64,000 nt of DNA from Planctomycetota bacterium (GTDB lineage: Bacteria; Planctomycetota; UBA1135), in NCBI GenBank assembly GCA_040264055.1, contig JBDQJC010000008.1, positions 342 through 64,341 on the forward strand, given 5' to 3'. A program made the position numbers and the translations under genes. Shown here piece after piece: positions 8,712 through 17,820 of the stretch. The first letter of the stretch is position 1. Every line of letters starts with the position of its first letter. Under the pieces are notes generated by a model. The model saw only the letters and a list, made by a program, of their open reading frames with translations, did not search any database and was not told where the DNA came from.

Positions 8712-11684
8712 TTACTGAATCACGGTCGAGTACCAGTTGCTGGACTCGCCGAACTCAGCCGCCTGCACCCATACGGTCAGGCCTGCGGCGCCAGGCGGAA
8801 TCGGCCGACTGATGTTGGCGGCTCCTCCTGCATTGGCAATCGCCGACTTGATCAGCGTTGGATTCTTCACCGAGAGCGTGATGCTGAGCGCCGGAACTTC
8901 GGTGAGCTCCGTGCCGTCCGTGCTGTACACAAAGAACACGCGTGCGCCGGGCGTCGCGCCGGTCACGCTGAGCGTATGCGTCGTGCCCGCAGTGATCGGA
9001 TCTTCTGCGAGCAACAATCCTTCGGGGCGCATGTCGTAACGAGCCACCCAAGTCCGCCACGAGCCGGTCGAGCCATTGGTGAACTCATGGTGACCCCAGA
9101 ACACACCATCGGTGGTCGGATCTGCTTGAGTTCCGCTGTAATCACCCCAACGTCCGCTGGTATGGGCGTTGTTCGAAACCTGCACCACCTGCGCCGGGCG
9201 CATGGTGTTGAGCGGATCGCTGGCCGAGCGCGTGACGCGCCCCATCGAGATGTACTCATTGGGCGCGGAACGAGCAAAGGTGATCGCTGCGTTGTCCTGA
9301 CCATCGACGTGAATCGACGGGAAGTAAGTGTGAATGTCGCCACCCAGGTTGATGTTGCCGAACTGACGCACGCTCGGTGCGACGGCGCTGCTTGGCCAAC
9401 CATTCAGCTCAAACTCGTACCAACGCACGCGCGCACGCGTGTTGTTGATGTGATGCACCGCCCAGACCTTGCCATTGCGCTGCGCCACGCTCCAGAAGCG
9501 TGGCTCAAACAGGAAGGGGCGTGAAGACGAACCCTTCTGCGGCGGTTGGTTCGGATAGCTGTAGTTTTGCACCGTGACCGACTCGGTTTGCCGGTTGTAC
9601 GAAGTGAACGGATCGGTAATCGCGTGGAAGATCACCCGTGTGTTCGAACTGTTCTCCGTTGACTGCAGCACGTAAAGAGTGTCCGTGTTGTCATACACGA
9701 CCGGGATGCCCATCGATTGCTGGCTCGTCCCGGTGATGTATTCGTGCGCGGTGACGGGTGCACCACCCGAGTAAATCGAGTTCTTATCGATGATGTACAG
9801 CAGGTAGCCGTCCGGACCGAAGAAGTCGGCAGTCAACAGGACATAGCCCTGGCTCACCGAAAGGTTCGGCGAATCAATATCGTTGTCCGAAATGCTCGTG
9901 ACGTTCAGGCGATACTTATGCCAATCGTTCGCGTTGTCCGGAGTTGCGTCTTTGGAAACCGCAAGCAAGAACTCGCTGGTGCCGCTTGACGAACGTTCAC
10001 AGGCCATCGCAACAAAGCGATCGTTGTGTGGGTCCCAGCAGATCTCGGGGTCGAAGACGAAGCCGGTGGCGCCTTGCGCGCCCCAGAAGCCAAAGCTGCT
10101 TTCGATTTCGTCTCGCCACTGCTCGACACCATTCTTATCAAAGATGGCAATGCGGCCGTTGGTCATGACGCCGATGCGATCCGGGCCGACCGCCATCTCG
10201 GGGTCTGGCGGCGTCCATCCGGTGCCGGGCACGGCTTCGAATCCAAAGTCGCCGGCAGCGGCATTCGGGAAGATCAATCGATCTTGCGGCACCCAGTTCG
10301 GATCCCAGATCGGCGGAATGGCGATTTGCGATGCGGCGGCGACATCGAACAGCGCCGGCTCGGCCTGCGTGCTAGCAAGCGCGAGTGCCTCCGCGGGCGG
10401 CAACGGCGCGCCTTCTGCATTCAGCAAGGAAAGATGCGCAGCGGAAGCATCGCCGAGCCCAGCGTCGCCATCCCAAGCCAGAACGACGCGATCGGCGCTC
10501 GTCCACACCGCGCGTTGGACTCCTGCGCCTGCAGTCATCGCTTGACGCCCAAGTTGCGCTTGGCTGCCCAGGCTCTCGCCTAAGAACGCGCCGTCGGCCG
10601 CGAAATGTTGACGGATCAAGGTTTCGCCCTGCTCTGCGCCCAGATCGCGGTTGAATGCCACCACATGCCGGCCGTCGTCGGCGCAAGCAATCGCGGCGCC
10701 CGAGAGCCATCCACCATCGGGGGTCGCAAGCGTGCGAAGCTTGCCACGCGCTGCGCCCTGCGCATCGAAGCGTTGGCTTTGTACCGAATAACCGTTCGGG
10801 TGTGGCGCCATCCACGCAACCACGAAACTGCCATCGGCAGCGCTGCCGATGCTCGGCTCGATCGCGTCCTGGACATCCCCGGCGCGGACTGCATCGCCGA
10901 GTGCGACACCGGTTTGACCCAATCGACGGTAATAGACACCGGCCTGATCTCCATCGTGACGACGCGTCCAAGCGATGACGAAGCCATCGCCGCTGGCAGC
11001 CAGGCTCGGCAGTTCATCGCTGCAATTCATCGCGGAAGCGACGACTTGCTCGGGAGCATTCGCGATGTCCAAGCGTCGGGCTCGCAGCTCAAAGCGGGTG
11101 CCGCTTGCCGCGCCGCCCTGCGTCTGCGAAGTGTAGACCGCAAGAACTGGGCCGTCCGGATGAGCCGCCAGAACCGCTTGGGCTTGATCGCCGTCACGCA
11201 CTTGGTTCACTGCGATCTCGTCACCCGCCGGCATGAGTTCGCCCGTTGCTGTGCGCTGGAACTGGCGCGCGACAACGGCTGCGCCCTCGCCATCCTGGCC
11301 ATGCGATTCCCATGCAAACCAAGCCGTGCCATCCGCGGCGGCAGCCACGGAAGGCCGTTGCTGCATATTGCTTACCGTTTGGTTGATCCGGACCTCATCC
11401 GAAAGCGCCCAACCATCGGCGTCAAACACGCGTGCATAGACGCCATAAGTGCCCGCTTCTTGGCGGCGGCTATCCCAAACCGCAATCAGGGTGCCATCCG
11501 CGGCTGCATCGACCGCTGTGCGCGATTGAGTCGATTGCGAAAAGACGCTCGCACGCAGATCCGTTGCGGAACTCAAACCCGACGGAGCAAGCGTCGTGGT
11601 ATCTCCTTCTGTCGGAGCCTCTTCGCCACCGCAGGCGGTCAGCGCGCCAAGTAAAGGCAGCGCAAGGATGGGAGGAAATCGCAT
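8712..11684 (-). CDS. Large secreted lipoprotein: about seven 50-aa repeats, a RWGDYS-type beta-propeller-like domain and a C-terminal beta-sandwich tail
   Basis: ORF 8712-11708 trimmed to ATG 11684 (MRFPPILALPLLGALTACGG lipobox). Repeats have the form Q..P.VA...DG.FVVAW....QDG...GV.ARRF...G. Confidence 0.75.
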   Translation of the reverse strand: MRFPPILALPLLGALTACGGEEAPTEGDTTTLAPSGLSSATDLRASVFSQSTQSRTAVDAAADGTLIAVWDSRRQEAGTYGVYARVFDADGWALSDEVRINQTVSNMQQRPSVAAAADGTAWFAWESHGQDGEGAAVVARQFQRTATGELMPAGDEIAVNQVRDGDQAQAVLAAHPDGPVLAVYTSQTQGGAASGTRFELRARRLDIANAPEQVVASAMNCSDELPSLAASGDGFVIAWTRRHDGDQAGVYYRRLGQTGVALGDAVRAGDVQDAIEPSIGSAADGSFVVAWMAPHPNGYSVQSQRFDAQGAARGKLRTLATPDGGWLSGAAIACADDGRHVVAFNRDLGAEQGETLIRQHFAADGAFLGESLGSQAQLGRQAMTAGAGVQRAVWTSADRVVLAWDGDAGLGDASAAHLSLLNAEGAPLPPAEALALASTQAEPALFDVAAASQIAIPPIWDPNWVPQDRLIFPNAAAGDFGFEAVPGTGWTPPDPEMAVGPDRIGVMTNGRIAIFDKNGVEQWRDEIESSFGFWGAQGATGFVFDPEICWDPHNDRFVAMACERSSSGTSEFLLAVSKDATPDNANDWHKYRLNVTSISDNDIDSPNLSVSQGYVLLTADFFGPDGYLLYIIDKNSIYSGGAPVTAHEYITGTSQQSMGIPVVYDNTDTLYVLQSTENSSNTRVIFHAITDPFTSYNRQTESVTVQNYSYPNQPPQKGSSSRPFLFEPRFWSVAQRNGKVWAVHHINNTRARVRWYEFELNGWPSSAVAPSVRQFGNINLGGDIHTYFPSIHVDGQDNAAITFARSAPNEYISMGRVTRSASDPLNTMRPAQVVQVSNNAHTSGRWGDYSGTQADPTTDGVFWGHHEFTNGSTGSWRTWVARYDMRPEGLLLAEDPITAGTTHTLSVTGATPGARVFFVYSTDGTELTEVPALSITLSVKNPTLIKSAIANAGGAANISRPIPPGAAGLTVWVQAAEFGESSNWYSTVIQ

Positions 11685-11714
11685 CCATCCATCATCACTG
11701 GATCTCACAATTCG

Positions 11715-12230
11715 TCAATCACCCGCGGAGGATTCCTCACTCGATTCCGGCTTCGAGGCCCCGGCCAGTCGATTCAGCAACTCCTGAGCACGCACTTCCG
11801 CGGTTTCGCGCGGTCCGATCAGCCACAAGCCTTCGGCTTTCAGCTGCGGCCCGCCTTCGAGAATCATCAGATCCAAATCGGCAATCCTCACCACAAACTC
11901 TTTGCCCGCCAAGAACGAAACGTAAGTCTGCCAATCCGCATGTTCGACCTCGGCGAAACGATAACCGAGCAAGGACTGTGTGCCCATCAGGTCGACACGC
12001 ACCCACTCCGTCTCCCAGCTACGAGCGGTTCCCACCCGCACTGTACGCCCATCGATCGTAATCTTTTGCTTGCCGTTTTCCAGCACCGGGATGGTCCAGA
12101 GCGTCGGCCCGACCGGGCGCTCCACCTGGTCCTCCGATTCGGACTTCCCGCATGCAGGCAAGAGCAAGACGCAGGCAAGACCAAGGCTCGCAAGGAGCCA
12201 TGTCAATCGAGGGAAGCGCGACGAATTCAC
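11715..12230 (-). CDS. Hypothetical lipoprotein, first gene of the operon with 8712-11684
   Basis: LLASLGLACVLLLPACGK lipobox, GTG start, 30 nt from the downstream gene. Confidence 0.55.
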   Translation of the reverse strand: MNSSRFPRLTWLLASLGLACVLLLPACGKSESEDQVERPVGPTLWTIPVLENGKQKITIDGRTVRVGTARSWETEWVRVDLMGTQSLLGYRFAEVEHADWQTYVSFLAGKEFVVRIADLDLMILEGGPQLKAEGLWLIGPRETAEVRAQELLNRLAGASKPESSEESSAGD

Positions 12231-12239
12231 AGCACGCCC

Positions 12240-12249
12240 ATGCTAGTCT
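12240..12249. promoter_or_regulatory. Overlapping divergent -10-like elements (plus TGCTAGTCT extended -10; minus TAGCAT)
   Basis: Plus TAGTCT at 12244-12249 lies upstream of the thiE ATG at 12267. Minus TAGCAT (12240-12245) lies 9 nt before the lipoprotein GTG at 12230. Confidence 0.35.
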
Positions 12250-12266
12250 CCTCGCAATCGCCTGCC

Positions 12267-12896
12267 ATGTCGCGTCCTCCCTTCCAACTCTGCTTGCTGC
12301 TCACCCGGTCCCTCTGCAAGAACGATCCACTGCAAGTGGTGCGTGATGCCGTCGCGGGTGGAGTGGACTGCGTGCAAATGCGCGAAAAGGAAATGAGCAC
12401 CGCGGCGCGGCACGCTTGGGGCTTGCAGCTGCTCGACACTTGCTTAGAGCTGCGCGTGCCCTTGATCATCAACGATGATGTCGAGGTTGCTGCAACGATT
12501 GGCGCAACGGGAGTGCACCTGGGTCAGGAAGACTTGCCCGTTCATGAAGCGCGCAAACTACTTCGCCCCGAGCAGTGGATCGGCTTGTCGACGCATAGTT
12601 TGGAGCAAATGGAAGCCGCCGCGGATCAAGGCGTGAATTACGCCGGTTATGGCCCGATCTACCCAACGGGAACCAAGGGGTACGCGCAAGGCCTGGGCCC
12701 CGAATCCTTGCTCAATGTGATCATTCACGCGCGCGTACCGATTATTGCCATCGGCGGGATCACTCCGGCAAACGCCGAGCGCATCCCGGAACAGGCTGGC
12801 ATTGCGGTTTCCTCCGTCATCTGTGCAGCCGACCGACCCCGCGAAGTCGCGATTGCCCTGCGAACACGCGGGCCGGTCGACATTCCGCGCTACTAG
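12267..12896 (+). CDS. thiE: Thiamine-phosphate synthase
   Basis: Internal ATG of ORF 11940-12896 (alternative ATG 12240). GVDCVQMREKE, IINDDVEVA, GVHLGQEDL and IAIGGI motifs of ThiE. Confidence 0.85.
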   Translation: MSRPPFQLCLLLTRSLCKNDPLQVVRDAVAGGVDCVQMREKEMSTAARHAWGLQLLDTCLELRVPLIINDDVEVAATIGATGVHLGQEDLPVHEARKLLRPEQWIGLSTHSLEQMEAAADQGVNYAGYGPIYPTGTKGYAQGLGPESLLNVIIHARVPIIAIGGITPANAERIPEQAGIAVSSVICAADRPREVAIALRTRGPVDIPRY

Positions 12897-13403
12897 TTAC
12901 TCGACCGCTTCGGCACGAATGCTCGCGCCGACTTCTTCCCCGTTCGGTAGGCGCACCGAGCCGCGCCAAGCGGGCGGGTCGATTGGCCGCACGCCGGTTC
13001 GCGTGACCGGACCCACTTTCACCTCGTTGAGTTCCGCCGGCACCAAGGTGAATCCTTCGCGCAAGGAGTCGTCCAAGATCCCTGCGGTCCCTCCGTCGAC
13101 CTCGGAATACTCACCGCTTGCATCGACGTCGAGGAACAGCCTGCCGTAGAGCATGCTGGGTCGTTGTTCGGCGGGAAGCGTCGGGTCGATGACCAACCAG
13201 ATTTCGGCAGACAAGGACCGTGCCGAGCGCTCGGTGTTCCAGGTGTAGCTCTCATCGCGCAGTTCGATGCGGAAGCCTTGGCCTGCGTAGATCTCACGCA
13301 CTTTGCCGGCACCGGCGTTCTCGGCTGCCTCATTGCCGCAACGGGCAAAGAGGCCAATCACGATCGTCATCGTGAGCAAGCGAATCGTCAAGCAGCGACC
13401 CAT
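12897..13403 (-). CDS. Hypothetical lipoprotein coupled to the M20 peptidase
   Basis: ORF 12897-13685 trimmed to ATG 13403, which shares one nt with the upstream stop (TGATG). Signal LLTMTIVIGLFARCG. Confidence 0.5.
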   Translation of the reverse strand: MGRCLTIRLLTMTIVIGLFARCGNEAAENAGAGKVREIYAGQGFRIELRDESYTWNTERSARSLSAEIWLVIDPTLPAEQRPSMLYGRLFLDVDASGEYSEVDGGTAGILDDSLREGFTLVPAELNEVKVGPVTRTGVRPIDPPAWRGSVRLPNGEEVGASIRAEAVE

Positions 13404-14836
13404 CAAACGCTGCGCACGCAGTGCTCGTGCAAGACTTGCGCGACACACGCCGTCAGCTTCTTTCCGGTCGGCAGGTGCAAGAACTCGTTTGGGCCGTGCG
13501 CATTCGAAGCTGGGCCGAGCACGCCGGTGATCAAGAACTGAGCCGCCGGGAACTTCTCGCCCAACATGCCCATGAACGGAATCGATCCGCCTTCGCCCAT
13601 GTAGGCAGGCGCATTGCCGAAGTGCGCTTCGGACGCGCGTGCGACGGCATCGCGCAACCAATCGGCCAAAGGCGGGGCATTCCAACCGTTGGCGCCCTTC
13701 TCGGCATGGAAGCTCACGGTCGCCCCCGACGGCGGGTTGCTCTCGATCACATCCTTCGCAGCGGCGGTACAGACTTTGTGATCCGCGGTCGGTGGTAAGC
13801 GGAAGGAAAGCTTGAATGCACTAAACGGCCGCAGCACATTGCCGGCGTCTTGCAGCGCAGGGAATCCACCCGCGCCGGTGTACGAGATGGTCGGCCGCCA
13901 AGTGCGGTTCAAGACCAGCTCGGTGAGGTCTTCGTGCATCGGCTGCGTTACGCCGGCGAAGGGGTATTGCGTAGCGACCGTTTCGCCCAGAGTCTCGGCA
14001 CATACCGCAGCTTGCTCGCGGCGTTGCTCGGGAATCTCGACATGGAAGGAGTCGATCAGCACCTTGCCACTGGCAGCATCTTCGATGCGTTCGAGAATCT
14101 GGCGAATGATGCGCATGCTCGACGGCACGATCCCCGAGGCGTCGCCCGAGTGCACGCCTTCACGCAAGACTTCGACGCGCAAGTCGCCGGCGATCATGCC
14201 GCGCAGACTCGTCGTCGACCACAGTCGCTCATAGTCGCCCGCGCCCGAATCCAAGCAGACCACCAGGCTGACTTCGCCGATGCGCTCGGCGAGGTGGTCG
14301 ATGTAGAAAGGTAGGTCAGGCGAGCCACTCTCTTCACAGGCTTCGATCAAGACCACGCAGCGCTGGTGACGGCCACCGTGTTTCTGCAAAGCCTCAATCG
14401 CGGTCAGCGAAGCGTAGGCCGAATAGCCGTCATCGGCGCCACCGCGGCCATACAACTTGTCGCCCTCGATCTTCGGCTCCCATGGGCCCAAGTCTTCGCG
14501 CCAGCCAGTCATCTCGGGCTGCTTATCGAGGTGGCCGTACAAGAGCACCGTGTCGTCCGATTCGCCCGGGATTTCCATCAAGATCACGGGTGTGCGGCCA
14601 GGCAAGCGCACGACCTCGACCGTCAAGCCTTCAATCTGGCGCTGCTTGCACCACCCGGCGATGTGCTCGACCGCCTTGTCCATGTGGCCGTTGGCCTCCC
14701 AGTCAGGGTCGAACAAGGGCGACTTGTTCGGAATGCGGATGTACTCAACCAGCTCGGAGATGATTTCCTCATCCCATACACGGTTGACGTAGGAGCCGAG
14801 TGCAGCGGAATCAATGGATGCGACCGAAGTGCCCAT
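13403..14836 (-). CDS. M20-family metallodipeptidase (ArgE/DapE/CNDP-like)
   Basis: YGHLDKQP...GRGGADDG metal-ligand motifs and a dimerisation domain. ATG 14836 is preferred because TATCCT lies 7 nt upstream. Confidence 0.85.
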   Translation of the reverse strand: MGTSVASIDSAALGSYVNRVWDEEIISELVEYIRIPNKSPLFDPDWEANGHMDKAVEHIAGWCKQRQIEGLTVEVVRLPGRTPVILMEIPGESDDTVLLYGHLDKQPEMTGWREDLGPWEPKIEGDKLYGRGGADDGYSAYASLTAIEALQKHGGRHQRCVVLIEACEESGSPDLPFYIDHLAERIGEVSLVVCLDSGAGDYERLWSTTSLRGMIAGDLRVEVLREGVHSGDASGIVPSSMRIIRQILERIEDAASGKVLIDSFHVEIPEQRREQAAVCAETLGETVATQYPFAGVTQPMHEDLTELVLNRTWRPTISYTGAGGFPALQDAGNVLRPFSAFKLSFRLPPTADHKVCTAAAKDVIESNPPSGATVSFHAEKGANGWNAPPLADWLRDAVARASEAHFGNAPAYMGEGGSIPFMGMLGEKFPAAQFLITGVLGPASNAHGPNEFLHLPTGKKLTACVAQVLHEHCVRSV

Positions 14837-14843
14837 GCGCACC

Positions 14844-14849
14844 AGGATA
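14844..14849 (-). promoter_or_regulatory. -10-like TATCCT, 7 nt before the M20 peptidase ATG
   Basis: Minus strand reads TTATCCTGGTGCGCATG. This is nearly identical to the hbd upstream CTATCCTGTTGCGCGTGATG. Confidence 0.4.
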
Positions 14850-14893
14850 ACTCTGCGTCCAGCGAGCTCACCCCCACCGCGCGGCGGCGATGC

Positions 14894-14899
14894 TAGGGT
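14894..14899 (+). promoter_or_regulatory. Extended -10-like TGCTAGGGT, 9 nt before the POT transporter ATG
   Basis: TGCTAGGGT at 14891-14899, then tttcccctc, then ATG 14909. Confidence 0.4.
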
Positions 14900-14908
14900 T
14901 TTCCCCTC

Positions 14909-16693
14909 ATGGCCGCCGCCCCGTCACCCTCTGAGTCAGACACCAAACCGGAACCGTTCCTTCAGGCGATTACATCCTTTAGCAGCATCTATTGGATCGC
15001 CAACTGGATGGAGCTGGTCGAGCGCTTCGCCTACTACGGCGTGCGCGTCGTGCTCCCGGTCTTCATGGTCGAAGCGATCAGCGCTGGCGGCCCCGAGTTC
15101 GACCATGTGCAGAAGGGCACAGTTTACGCGATTTGGGCGCTTGTTCAGAGCTTCGTACCGATCTTCACCGGCGGATTCGCAGATCAGTACGGCTACAAGC
15201 TGAGCATCGCCATTTCGACGGTGCTGAAGATCGTCGGCTACATGCTGATGGGCTTCTGTATCCAGATCAGCGACTGGATTACTGGCATACCGCTCGCCGA
15301 AGCGCGTGCGGCTGGAACAGATTGGGCCTACGAGGCCTTTTTTGCCGGCGCGATGTTCCTCGCTGCAGGAACCGCGATTTTTAAACCCGGCTTGCAAGGA
15401 TTGATCGCCAATCAAATGCCAAAGCGCAACGCAGCGCTGGGTTGGGGCCTGTTCTATCAGATGGTCAACATCGGCGGGTTCATCGGCCCGCTGCTCGCTG
15501 GCTACCTGCGCATCCTTGAATGGGAGTACGTCTTCCTGGCTTGCGCGATTGGCATTGCGCTGAACTTCATCCCGCTGTTCTTCTTCAAAGAGCCGGGCCA
15601 CCATGGAGAAAAGGAATCGCGATCGATCGCACGCGTGCTTTGGGATGCCGTCTGCGGTTTGCTTGAGCCGCGCTTGTTCTTCTTTACGATCGCCTTCGCA
15701 GGCTTCTGGTTGATGTTCTATCAGCTGTTCGACATCCTGCCGAACTTCATCGACGACTGGGTCGATTCGCGCGGTGCGGCCAACTTCTTAAAGGGACTCG
15801 TAGGCGAAGGCGCGGTTCCAGTCGGCGAGGCTGCGAATGCTGGCAACCTCACGCAAGAGTGGATCATCAACTTCAATGCATTGCTGATTAGCGTGTTTGC
15901 GTTTGCAATGGGCTACATCACCGGCAAGGTGCGATCCCTCACAGCGATCATTGTCGGCATCGGCATTTCGGCGGTCGCGATCTACATGCTCGGCATGTCG
16001 ATGGACGGCTGGTGGACCTTGTTCGCCGTTGGCATCTTCTCGCTTGGCGAGATGAGCGCTTCCCCTACCAAGATGCGCTACCTCGCGGCGATTGCACCGG
16101 CAGGCAAAGAAGGCCTGTACATGGGCTACGTCAACTTCACGGTTGGCATCGGTTGGTCGATTGGATCGATCGTCGCCGGCGAGCTCTATCAGAAGAATGG
16201 CGACAAGGTGGAACTGGCGCGCCAGTACATGGTCGAGAACGAAATCATGACGGCCGACGCCGCTGCAGCCATCGACCGCGGCGAAGTTCTCAATGTGTTT
16301 ACCCAATCGGTTGAAGGCAACCCCGACCCCTGGCAAACCCGCCAGATCCTTTGGGACAACTACGACCCGGAAGGCATGTGGCTACTCTTCACCGTGATTG
16401 GCCTCGCTTCGATGGTGCTGATTTTCCTTTACGACCGTCTCACGAAAGCAGCGGATCGCGACCCGAATCACTCTTTCAACACCAAGGGCCAGATCTGGGT
16501 ACGCGCCTCATTGGTCCCGATCATTCTCGCCTTCCTTTACGCTTGGCTGATCGGCGACGCGGATTCTCTCGCGATTAAGGTGCAAGTCGTCATGTTCAGC
16601 CTGCTGTTTGTGGCCTCCTTCATCCACACACCAGAGATTCACATTCCGTACAACCCGGATCCGCAGCCGGAAGAAGATTCGCCCTTGGCATGA
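14909..16693 (+). CDS. Proton-dependent oligopeptide transporter (POT/PTR2 family)
   Basis: ELVERFAYYGVR equals the ExxERFxYYG PTR2 signature. About 14 TM helices. Confidence 0.85.
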   Translation: MAAAPSPSESDTKPEPFLQAITSFSSIYWIANWMELVERFAYYGVRVVLPVFMVEAISAGGPEFDHVQKGTVYAIWALVQSFVPIFTGGFADQYGYKLSIAISTVLKIVGYMLMGFCIQISDWITGIPLAEARAAGTDWAYEAFFAGAMFLAAGTAIFKPGLQGLIANQMPKRNAALGWGLFYQMVNIGGFIGPLLAGYLRILEWEYVFLACAIGIALNFIPLFFFKEPGHHGEKESRSIARVLWDAVCGLLEPRLFFFTIAFAGFWLMFYQLFDILPNFIDDWVDSRGAANFLKGLVGEGAVPVGEAANAGNLTQEWIINFNALLISVFAFAMGYITGKVRSLTAIIVGIGISAVAIYMLGMSMDGWWTLFAVGIFSLGEMSASPTKMRYLAAIAPAGKEGLYMGYVNFTVGIGWSIGSIVAGELYQKNGDKVELARQYMVENEIMTADAAAAIDRGEVLNVFTQSVEGNPDPWQTRQILWDNYDPEGMWLLFTVIGLASMVLIFLYDRLTKAADRDPNHSFNTKGQIWVRASLVPIILAFLYAWLIGDADSLAIKVQVVMFSLLFVASFIHTPEIHIPYNPDPQPEEDSPLA

Positions 16694-16731
16694 GTTGCTA
16701 AAGGGACTAACCGACCTTGAGGAAGTTCACC

Positions 16732-17178
16732 ATGAAATTCACGCACATTCTTCTTACGACTGACTTGTCCGATGAGTCGCTGCGGGCCTTCGCGCCGACA
16801 GCTGATTTGGCGCGCACGCACGGCGCCAAACTCACGCTGCTCCATGTGGTCCAGGATGTCCCGGTTGCTCCGCACGGTGCTCCTTTGGCTCCACCGGTTT
16901 CGGCGCCGGATGTGGGCAACCTCATCGATGCCGCGCGCATGCGCTTGAAGGAACAGGCCTCGCTCGTCAGCAGCGACCTTGAGGTCGAATGCGCCGTCTC
17001 GGCTTCCGCCGATATCGCCGAGCGCGTCGCAAGCTACGCGCATGAGAACGGCTGCGATCTGATCACACTCTCGACGCATGGACGCACCGGCTTCCGCCGC
17101 TTTGTCTTGGGCAGCGTCGCCGAAGCGATCCTTCGTCACGCGCACGTTCCGGTCATGTGCTTCCCGCGCCCCGAGTAG
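16732..17178 (+). CDS. Universal stress protein (UspA family)
   Basis: ILLTTDLS...THGRTGFRRFVLGSVAEAILRHAHVPVM ATP-binding motif. ATG 16732 is preceded by GAGGAAG. Confidence 0.85.
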   Translation: MKFTHILLTTDLSDESLRAFAPTADLARTHGAKLTLLHVVQDVPVAPHGAPLAPPVSAPDVGNLIDAARMRLKEQASLVSSDLEVECAVSASADIAERVASYAHENGCDLITLSTHGRTGFRRFVLGSVAEAILRHAHVPVMCFPRPE

Positions 17179-17217
17179 GCGCTTGTGCACCAACTCGGCG
17201 CGATCACGCGCCTCTCT

Positions 17218-17248
17218 CTAGCCGCTGAGCCGCACGCTTGGCGGCTAG
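17218..17248. terminator. Possible bidirectional hairpin between convergent USP and DoxX genes
   Basis: CTAGCCGC...GCGGCTAG 8-bp stem with a structured 15-nt loop and no clear U-tract. Overlaps the DoxX stop. Confidence 0.3.
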
Positions 17249-17769
17249 TTCTCGTCTTCCCCGTCCCACACGGCCGCGCCCGTCGCAACCGGGGGCACGC
17301 TTGGAACTTCCGGTCGACTTGCCGGCTTCGAAACTTCAAAGGGCGGAAGATGGGTGGCCGGCGGGCCGCTTGACGCGGGCACGCGGTCTTTGCGAAAACC
17401 GTCGATCGACAACTTGCCGCCGCCGGTCAACAACAAGCTCAAGAAGGCTGCGAGATACAGCGCGGCCATTTCCCATCCGCCACTGAATGGGTCATTCAAG
17501 TGGACCTTCCAAATCGCGACGACCATGGTGCCGGCGCATGCGAGCGCAGCTGCGCGGGTCAGAAAACCCAAGGCAATCATGACCCCACCGATGAGTTCGG
17601 TGATTTTGGCGAGATAGGCCCAAGCCTCGGGTGCGGGCCAACCCCAAGCCTCGATCGACTTCGCCATGCCTTCCATGGCCCCTTCCATCACGAACAGCGC
17701 TTGATAGCCATGCACGGCAAAGCCAAGCCCAAAGACAAGGCGGAGAATGAGGAAGGCGAGGGAGTGCAT
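17245..17769 (-). CDS. DoxX-family membrane protein with a Pro-rich C-terminal tail
   Basis: MHSLAFLILRLVFGLGFAVHG...GGVMIALGFLTR is typical of DoxX. Confidence 0.8.
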   Translation of the reverse strand: MHSLAFLILRLVFGLGFAVHGYQALFVMEGAMEGMAKSIEAWGWPAPEAWAYLAKITELIGGVMIALGFLTRAAALACAGTMVVAIWKVHLNDPFSGGWEMAALYLAAFLSLLLTGGGKLSIDGFRKDRVPASSGPPATHLPPFEVSKPASRPEVPSVPPVATGAAVWDGEDEN

Positions 17770-17820
17770 GGTGGAGGAAGTCTATGGAGGCGGTGCTCGA
17801 TGCGAAGCTTGTTGTGCAGT

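Noticed and set aside
10605-11654. 349-aa plus-strand ORF, and several others at 9883-10545, 10026-10583 and 10372-10971, inside the large lipoprotein gene
   Set aside because: These are shadow ORFs typical of GC-rich DNA. Their products are Arg/Ala/Pro-rich low-complexity sequence with no motifs. The opposite-strand frame has a lipobox, internal repeats and coherent domain structure.
12231-12266. TPP riboswitch upstream of thiE
   Set aside because: The spacer is at most 36 nt, far shorter than a THI-box aptamer.
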